Source of the DNA: Thermoproteota archaeon | GTDB taxonomy: Archaea; Korarchaeota; Korarchaeia; Korarchaeales; Korarchaeaceae | Assembly: GCA_015522685.1 (NCBI GenBank) | Contig: WALU01000051.1 | Location: forward strand, 1 to 34,851 | DNA: 34,851 nucleotides | Direction: 5' to 3' | Shown here: in pieces, positions 29,088-34,851 of the stretch | Layout: every line of letters begins with the position of its first letter | Position numbering within the stretch: position 1 is the stretch's first letter | Notes under the pieces: model-generated | Seen by the model: the letters and a program-made list of their open reading frames with translations, nothing else | Told to the model about the DNA's origin: nothing | Database searches by the model: none | Made by a program: the position numbers and the translations under genes

Positions 29088-30541
29088 ATGTCAATTTAAA
29101 GTGCTTTGATAGAATCTCAATTAAAGACCTAAAAGTTAAGCCTCATAGTATATCTTCTACATATTCATTGGAAATGGATGGAATAAGAAGAGAGTATAAG
29201 CTCATTGAGAGCTATACTGAAAATATAAATATAAGAGAAGTAAAGGGTATAGAAGAGCTTGCTAGCCTGATAAGCATAGTCCCAGTAGTTAACTATGCTC
29301 TATTCACAGATGAAATAAGCATAGACTTCCCAATCATAGAGTTAGATCTGAAATTTATGAGAGATATGAGTGAGATAACTTCTAGAGATGTATTTGTAAA
29401 TAGGATAGCTCGCGGGACTGGACTTGTAAAGGGAGAGTATATTCCTGATCCTGAGAGCATATCCCTCATGGATGCCAAGCCTAGGGCATCAATTTATGCT
29501 AGGAGGTCCACCTCTACAGCGTTAGACGAAATTGATGGAGAATATACGTGCGGGACCATGCTCTCTGGGGGTAAGGATAGTCTTCTCACTTATTCTCTCT
29601 TGAAGGAGGCAGGATGCAAAGTATATCCTTTTTTTCTAAATGAATCTGGGAGGCATTGGCTATCTGCTTTGAAGGCATATAGATACTTTTCGAAAAATAT
29701 TCCTCTAACAAGAAGAGTGTGGAGCAATATAGATAGGTTATTTGCATTTATAGAGAGAAATATGAAAATTGTGGTCCCTAATTTCATGAGAAAATCCAGA
29801 GAACTTTATCCTATAAGATTATTCTGGTTTGAGCATTATGCTTTCTCTTTTCTACCGCTTATAATGAAGTATAAAGTAGGGAATATAAATTTTGGAAACG
29901 AATTTGATGATCCCACGAGCTCTTCCTTCACCTTCAGGGGAATAGAGCATTATAACGCAATATACGATCAATCTCAGAGTTTTGAGAAATATATGACCAA
30001 TTGGTTCGGAGAAAGAGGATTGGGCATAAAGCAATGGTCTCCCATAAGGCCAATCTCCGGCTTGATTGTAGAGAAAATCCTCTATGAAAGATATAGAGCA
30101 ATGATACAGCTGCAAATGAGCTGTCACTCTCCTAAAATAGTTAGGGGAGAGCTAATACCTTGTGGAAGCTGCTTTAAGTGCACAGGCGTAATGATATTCC
30201 TCTTAGCTAATGGAATAGATCCAAAAATGGTAGGATACACCACTAGCCTGAGTGAAGTGCTTGCTAGAGTTAGAGAAGGAAAATATAGATTAGATAAGGA
30301 TGAGTTGGAGCATTCCTTATTTCTTATGGGAAAAAGATTTCTTATAAAGAGTCCCAAAGCATCATATCACCCTCATGTTGAGACAATCCACTTCGATAAC
30401 ATATCCTCTCATCTCGACTTTATTCCTCAGAAAAAACTAAGAGAAAGAGTACTTGGTATATTAGAGAGGTATACGAAGGGATATTCTGTCTTGAGGGGAA
30501 ACAAATGGGAGATAATGAACAAGGAAAAGCTATCAATGTAG
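29084..30541 (+). CDS. PP-loop (adenine nucleotide alpha-hydrolase) protein with C-terminal Cys cluster; MurL-like epimerase candidate
   Basis: SGGKDS, FGNE, S..FE, SPIRPISGL, SCH, PCGSCFKC; 485 aa; ATGA overlap with the upstream gene. Confidence 0.7.
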   Translation: MNVNLKCFDRISIKDLKVKPHSISSTYSLEMDGIRREYKLIESYTENINIREVKGIEELASLISIVPVVNYALFTDEISIDFPIIELDLKFMRDMSEITSRDVFVNRIARGTGLVKGEYIPDPESISLMDAKPRASIYARRSTSTALDEIDGEYTCGTMLSGGKDSLLTYSLLKEAGCKVYPFFLNESGRHWLSALKAYRYFSKNIPLTRRVWSNIDRLFAFIERNMKIVVPNFMRKSRELYPIRLFWFEHYAFSFLPLIMKYKVGNINFGNEFDDPTSSSFTFRGIEHYNAIYDQSQSFEKYMTNWFGERGLGIKQWSPIRPISGLIVEKILYERYRAMIQLQMSCHSPKIVRGELIPCGSCFKCTGVMIFLLANGIDPKMVGYTTSLSEVLARVREGKYRLDKDELEHSLFLMGKRFLIKSPKASYHPHVETIHFDNISSHLDFIPQKKLRERVLGILERYTKGYSVLRGNKWEIMNKEKLSM

Positions 30542-31011
30542 AGATTAGAATAGTAGAGTTACCTCCTGAGGAATTTGAGAAGTACATAGAGTTTGACTCT
30601 ATGATGAGTTGGGAGTTTATAGATGAGGAAATAAGGAATAAGATGACCTTTGAAGATTACAAAGAAATTCATAGAAGGCTTGTTAGTATTATTTACTTCT
30701 CTAACTTGGATAACAGAATATTCGCTGCCATAAAGAGAGATGATATAATTGGCATAGCTTGGGTTGGATTGAAAATAGATACAATCAACTACATACCTAT
30801 AGGGTATCTTTATGATATAGAAGTTAGAGAAGATTACAGAAGAAGTGGCTTGGGGAGTAAGCTAATGTATCTAGTGGAAGAGGCTTGCAAGGAATGGAGT
30901 GTAGATAGAATTGTGCTCTCCGTTGACTTGGATAATAAGGAAGCATATAGATGGTATCTAAAGAGAGGATACCATATAAAGAGGCTGATAATGACTAAAA
31001 TACTGAGATGA
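30505..31011 (+). CDS. GNAT-family N-acetyltransferase
   Basis: YLYDIEVREDYRRSGLGSKLM (motif A), N..AYRWYLKRGY; overlaps the upstream gene. Confidence 0.9.
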   Translation: MGDNEQGKAINVEIRIVELPPEEFEKYIEFDSMMSWEFIDEEIRNKMTFEDYKEIHRRLVSIIYFSNLDNRIFAAIKRDDIIGIAWVGLKIDTINYIPIGYLYDIEVREDYRRSGLGSKLMYLVEEACKEWSVDRIVLSVDLDNKEAYRWYLKRGYHIKRLIMTKILR

Positions 31012-31191
31012 TATACTAAGTTTATGTTAAGATAAATAAGTATACTAAAATTACACAATCTTTATTATCGAAATTTATTATCAAAAATAACCTAAGAGCG
31101 CTCGATATTACAGGAATTCAAGCATTCTTTCTAACTATCAATCATTACTTACTTATCTTGGCTTATCCTAGGTCAGGCTAGGGGAGACAGC

Positions 31192-32547
31192 TTGCGAGAT
31201 AATATCCTCTACTTCATGAGATATAATATCCTAGATGATTTGAAGTCTCTTATAGAGAGGGGTGAATTATCGGAGGCTAAAGAGGCAATAAGAGAACTAT
31301 TAAAGAACGCTAATGGCGATTATAAGAGAAGATTAGAGTTCGAAGAAAATAGGCTCTATAGATGGCCCATGCAATATCCATTCGAGGAGGAAGAGGCTTT
31401 AGAGGAGCTGAAGAAGAGAATACCGAGCCTCACCATGGAAGAATTTAGGAAGTTAATAGAGAGGGGATGCATAGACTACAGGCTGCTGGAAGGAAAGGTA
31501 AGGATATTCGAGAGGTTTGTCCCCAATTCCCTCTGGTTATGTCCCGATTTGAAAAACAAGGCTATAGAGGAGAAAGATGAGACTATAGAGAGGGCTAAAG
31601 CAGCCTTAGTTGATAGAGCAATGGACGTCATGAGTTCGAGGGCCAAGCCCCTCACCTACAAGTTCAGGGCGAAGGTTATCCTAGGTAAGGGATCCGTGCC
31701 TAAAGGAGAGAAGGTTCGGGTATGGATTCCCATACCTAGAGTGAGCGATCTGCATCCTGAAGTCAGGATACTGGCATATAATCGAGAACCTTACTTGGCC
31801 GATGAGATGCATAAACAGAGGACGGCATATTTCGAGTTCGCCTCCTCTGGCCTAAATGATGAAGTATGGATAGAATATGAGGTAGTTGCAAAGCCGTTCA
31901 AGGTCGATTTAAAGCACGAAGAGGTGGAAGAAATTAGAATTAGCGATTATCTGGAGGAGAGGATACCTCATGTGAGGTTCACTAGGGAGCTTAGGGACCT
32001 AACTAAATCTATAGTTGGGAATGAGGACAATCCGCTGCTCAAGGCTCGTAAGATATGGGATTGGATAGTGGATCACGTGATATACACTTACGTGCACGAC
32101 TACGCTCTCTTCGATAACATAAGCATGTATGCGGCCACTAAGAGGAGAGGAGATTGCGGAATTCAGGCTATACTACTTATTACAATGCTTAGGCTGGCTG
32201 GCATACCTGCAAGGTGGCAATCAGGCTGGTACGCTAATCCTGTTAGGCCCGGAATGCATGACTGGGCTCAATTCTATATAGAACCATATGGATGGGTCTA
32301 TGCCGATCCTAGCTTCGGCCACCCTAGAGATGGAGAAGATTGGAGGAGGGATTTCTACTTCGGCAGCATCGAGGGCTTCAGGCTGGCTTTCAACTCGGAG
32401 ATAAACCACCCATTCGATCCTCCGAAGGAGCACTTCAGGTCCGATCCCGTTGATAGCCAGAGGGGGGAAGTCGAGTGGGATGGGGGTAATCTCTACTACG
32501 ATAAGTGGGATTTCGAGTTAAACCTCTTGGAGGTAGGATCTCCCTGA
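31192..32547 (+). CDS. Transglutaminase-like domain protein
   Basis: RGDCG (Cys), GIPAR, HDWAQFY (His), GW..ADPS (Asp). Start is probably ATG 31216. Confidence 0.88.
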   Translation: MRDNILYFMRYNILDDLKSLIERGELSEAKEAIRELLKNANGDYKRRLEFEENRLYRWPMQYPFEEEEALEELKKRIPSLTMEEFRKLIERGCIDYRLLEGKVRIFERFVPNSLWLCPDLKNKAIEEKDETIERAKAALVDRAMDVMSSRAKPLTYKFRAKVILGKGSVPKGEKVRVWIPIPRVSDLHPEVRILAYNREPYLADEMHKQRTAYFEFASSGLNDEVWIEYEVVAKPFKVDLKHEEVEEIRISDYLEERIPHVRFTRELRDLTKSIVGNEDNPLLKARKIWDWIVDHVIYTYVHDYALFDNISMYAATKRRGDCGIQAILLITMLRLAGIPARWQSGWYANPVRPGMHDWAQFYIEPYGWVYADPSFGHPRDGEDWRRDFYFGSIEGFRLAFNSEINHPFDPPKEHFRSDPVDSQRGEVEWDGGNLYYDKWDFELNLLEVGSP

Positions 32548-32558
32548 TGATTCATCAG
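32544..32558. promoter_or_regulatory. Perfect 7-1-7 palindrome upstream of the MNT-HEPN promoter
   Basis: CTGATGA-T-TCATCAG; TATA-like TTTTTAAG at 32579-32586. Confidence 0.3.
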
Positions 32559-32608
32559 CTCCTTTAAAACACAACCAGTTTTTAAGGACTTGCCGGAACT
32601 TATTTCGG

Positions 32609-32929
32609 ATGCCCGCCTACGTGATAGATCTTAGAGCAGATAGAAGATGGATAGAGCTTGTGGAGAGGTTCAAGGAGACTTTACTATCTAGGCTAGGCGA
32701 TCTTCTGGTTAAGATAGTGGCTCTAGCTTCACCTGATGATCAGCTTTACGATTCCAACGTTCTAGTTATCGTAGAGAGGGATGATGATGCAGTGGTATGG
32801 TCCATAATGGAGTCGATAGCAGAGGTCGAGAGATCTGCTGGAATGGAGGGCACAATCTCTCCCTTGATAGTAACCCCAAATGAGAGAAGAATTATAGAGG
32901 GCTTCGAGGGATACGAAGTTGTCTGTTAA
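32609..32929 (+). CDS. Degenerate minimal nucleotidyltransferase-fold protein (HEPN partner)
   Basis: MNT size and topology (helix, LVKIVAL, SNVLVIV, ISPLIV) but lacks GS and DxD; overlaps the HEPN gene. Confidence 0.65.
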   Translation: MPAYVIDLRADRRWIELVERFKETLLSRLGDLLVKIVALASPDDQLYDSNVLVIVERDDDAVVWSIMESIAEVERSAGMEGTISPLIVTPNERRIIEGFEGYEVVC

Positions 32930-33255
32930 CAAGGCCATGAGGCTAATGAATCAGGCTAAGGTAGATCTTGAGAACGGATGTTATGATAAGGCTATAAGTG
33001 CATCCTACTTTTCAGTCAGAATGCTATCTGAAATATACCTCAAGGGAATCAAGACGAGAAGGGACGATAAAATAGCAAATGCCTTGGGCAGAAAGCTAGG
33101 AGATCAAGTGAGGCTAGAATATTTGCGCCTTCTTTGAAAGGAGGAAGGAAGCAGACCATAGGGATAAGATTTTTAGCGAGGATGAAGCTAGAAGGATAGT
33201 AGCTAGGGCAGAGGATCTATTTAACAGGCTAATTTCACTTTTAGGTGAGAAGTAG
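32919..33255 (+). pseudogene. HEPN-domain protein split by a +1 frameshift at 33132-33138 (pseudogene or recoded CDS)
   Basis: Frame 0 has AK.DLE.G.YDKAIS.SYF and stops at CTT TGA. The +1 frame from 33136 gives ERRKEADHRDKIFSEDEARRIV..AE and ends at TAG 33255. Joined product is 111 aa. Confidence 0.8.
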
Positions 33256-33256
33256 G

Positions 33257-33919
33257 CTACTGCAGGAAATCTGTTAATCTAGTTCTCCTTTTCTCCTCAA
33301 TTATATTTTGGAGGGTTGCCCATCTCCATCTTATCTGCTCCTTTGGAAAAGGAAAGCCTTCCAGCACCTTAGATAGGAATTCCCTCGTCTTCTGATCCCC
33401 TGGATAGCCAGAGCCAAAATCGTATCCTGCAATTTCCCTGAGCCTCGCTACCCTTTTATCTCTCTCCACCTTGGCTATTATGGAAGCAGCTGCTACATGA
33501 ACGAACTTCTTATCTGCTTTATTTTCTGCCCTTATCCTCACCTTTAGACCACCTAGCATGGACTTGAGCGTCTCCTTAAACTTCTTGGTATTTCTTCCAG
33601 GAGCATCAACTATGATGAATGAGGGCTTAAGCTCCCTCACTAGATCTGCCATAACTTCAGCTTCCAGCATGTTAAGGCCGTTTTTAGCCACGACTTCATC
33701 TATCCTCTTGGGTTCTATTACCCTCATTGCATACGCATCAGATAGCTCCTTTATTATGGGAGCTAACTCTTCCCTTCTCCTAGGAGTTAACTCCTTCGAA
33801 TCTCTAACACCTAAAGATCTTAGCTCCTTAGCTGCTTTTTTGGATAGAACCACGATAGCTATTACCATTGGGCCTATAACGGGGCCTCTGCCTGCCTCGT
33901 CCAATCCAGCAGTTCCCAT
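33257..33919 (-). CDS. rnhB: Ribonuclease HII
   Basis: GLDEAGRGPVIGPM, DSK, VDA, KAD, AASIIAKV.RD, GSGYP.D. Confidence 0.96.
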   Translation of the reverse strand: MGTAGLDEAGRGPVIGPMVIAIVVLSKKAAKELRSLGVRDSKELTPRRREELAPIIKELSDAYAMRVIEPKRIDEVVAKNGLNMLEAEVMADLVRELKPSFIIVDAPGRNTKKFKETLKSMLGGLKVRIRAENKADKKFVHVAAASIIAKVERDKRVARLREIAGYDFGSGYPGDQKTREFLSKVLEGFPFPKEQIRWRWATLQNIIEEKRRTRLTDFLQ

Positions 33920-34129
33920 TTATTCCTTCCCTATCGCTAAAGTTCCAAAATTTATCCATATAAACTAAACTCCTCTTTTTCTCCTTGGATTCAACAAATT
34001 CAGATCTTAGGGAAAGTACTCTCTTGTGGCGCACCTGACTTCCCCTCTTACTTCTATCGGATCAATTCCTAGCTCTACTCAAATATCTCTTCTTCATCGG
34101 TAAGTTTTTAGTTTCCTCATCTTTACTAG

Positions 34130-34333
34130 CTTGGGAAGATTTCTGTCCCAGTCGAATTAAAGGAGATCAAGAAGAAGCTAGAGGCTATAGAATCCATGGT
34201 GATATTGCTTTTAGAGAGAGGAATACTGGAAGACAAGCCCCTTTCAGATGAAATAGATGCCATAGAGTCTGAGGAAGAACTGATCAGCTTGGAGGATGCC
34301 AAGAAAATGCTGAAGAGTAATGAAGGGGGCTGA
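34130..34333 (+). CDS. RelB-like archaeal antitoxin (not in ORF track; start problematic)
   Basis: Open frame ..ELKEIKKKLEAIESMVILLLERGILEDKPLSDEIDAIESEEELISLEDAKKML.., a coiled N-terminus with an acidic C-terminus, overlapping the RelE start. First in-frame ATG is at 34196; TTG at 34131 is out of frame. Confidence 0.65.
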   Translation, partial: LGKISVPVELKEIKKKLEAIESMVILLLERGILEDKPLSDEIDAIESEEELISLEDAKKMLKSNEGG

Positions 34334-34614
34334 TCGCATCCCTCTCAAGTTTTCATTGTATTTGAAGAAAAGAGTTCTAAAAGAACTGAGGAGCCTAGAT
34401 AAGGAATTAAGGGATAAGGTTATTGAAACTTTGGAGATTCTGAAGGAGTATCCAATTCCTCGTTTTCTTTATCTTTAAAAAGCTTCGAGGATATAAGGAT
34501 ACCTACAGGATAAGAATGGGGAGAGTTAGAATAGTGTATTCGATAAACTGGGAGAAGGAAAAGATAGTAGTTCATTTCATCGGTCCTAGGGAGAAGGCTT
34601 ATCGAGATATCTAA
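34320..34614 (+). pseudogene. relE: RelE/ParE-family toxin split by a +1 frameshift at 34473-34479 (pseudogene or recoded CDS; not in ORF track)
   Basis: Frame 0 reads ..KRVLKELRSLDKELRDKV..TLEILKEYPIPRFLYL*. The +1 frame reads KKLRGYKDTYRIRMGRVRIVYSI..IGPREKAYRDI*. Joined product is 97 aa. Confidence 0.82.
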
Positions 34615-34851
34615 TGACATTGCTACATGAATGCTGGCAAGTTTTTGTTTTAACAAGAAAAAGAAAGACCTACTTCATTAACCAACCTCATATGGCCTCG
34701 GTTCTACCTAATAACCGAACTTCCCTGAAATCATAGAACGAGGCAATCTTAGGGCTTAAGACTTTCCATCGGTGAAATTATGCTGTGTGTGGAAGATCGT
34801 TATTACACCGTCTTGCCTACTAAATTTTCATATAAAAAATAAATGATGAAA

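Noticed and set aside
29084-30541. Annotation of the 485-aa protein as queC
   Set aside because: About twice QueC length, has an extra N-terminal domain, and no queD/queE neighbours
33828-34034. 68-aa minus-strand ORF upstream of rnhB
   Set aside because: Overlaps rnhB out of frame and has no motif
34420-34656. 78-aa minus-strand ORF
   Set aside because: Antisense shadow of the frameshifted relE
34690-34820. Short hairpins near the window end as an ncRNA
   Set aside because: Stems of about 6 bp with no tRNA, C/D-box or H/ACA signature; context cut by the window edge
1-34851. CRISPR arrays, tRNA or rRNA genes, C/D-box sRNAs, inteins
   Set aside because: No regularly spaced repeats, cloverleafs or properly spaced C/D box pairs seen by eye, and lig and rnhB are of normal length. 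A covariance-model scan would be needed to exclude small RNAs.

Overview
Archaeal genomic DNA, judged from GGAGGTG-type ribosome-binding sites, TATA boxes about 25 nt upstream of apparently leaderless starts, an archaeal ATP-dependent DNA ligase and RNase HII, and MNT-HEPN modules. It has the look of a thermophile and may be Korarchaeia-like, but that is not verified. The housekeeping and metabolic genes are: xth, a type-2 asparaginase/isoaspartyl peptidase, a Liv-type ABC transporter with a divergent binding protein, a creatininase-family amidohydrolase, tsaA, a PfkB kinase, DUF59 plus two Fe-S P-loop ATPases, an SDR, a flippase, a DHH/DHHA1 phosphoesterase, a DapA-family lyase, Trbp111/CsaA, an M20 hydrolase, a GT4, lig, thyX, a NUDIX hydrolase, a transglutaminase-like protein and rnhB. 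The best candidate for an undescribed system is a four-gene operon with overlapping genes at 27085-31011. It encodes an atypical threonine-synthase-like PLP enzyme, a DUF1611/DgcN-like protein, a 485-aa PP-loop/Zn-finger protein whose motif order resembles the ATP-dependent peptidyl-Glu epimerase MurL, and a GNAT, which suggests D-amino-acid chemistry in an archaeon. Next to it lie a PRTase-fold protein with a degenerate PRPP loop and an orphan LysW-like protein with a non-canonical acidic tail. A second highlight is that two neighbouring toxin genes (HEPN and RelE) both stop at a prfB-like CTT-T-stop site and continue in the +1 frame, which carries their catalytic residues. This could be programmed frameshifting, decay or sequencing error. 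I saw no rRNA, tRNA, CRISPR array or intact transposase. All family assignments come from motif recognition by eye, not database searches.
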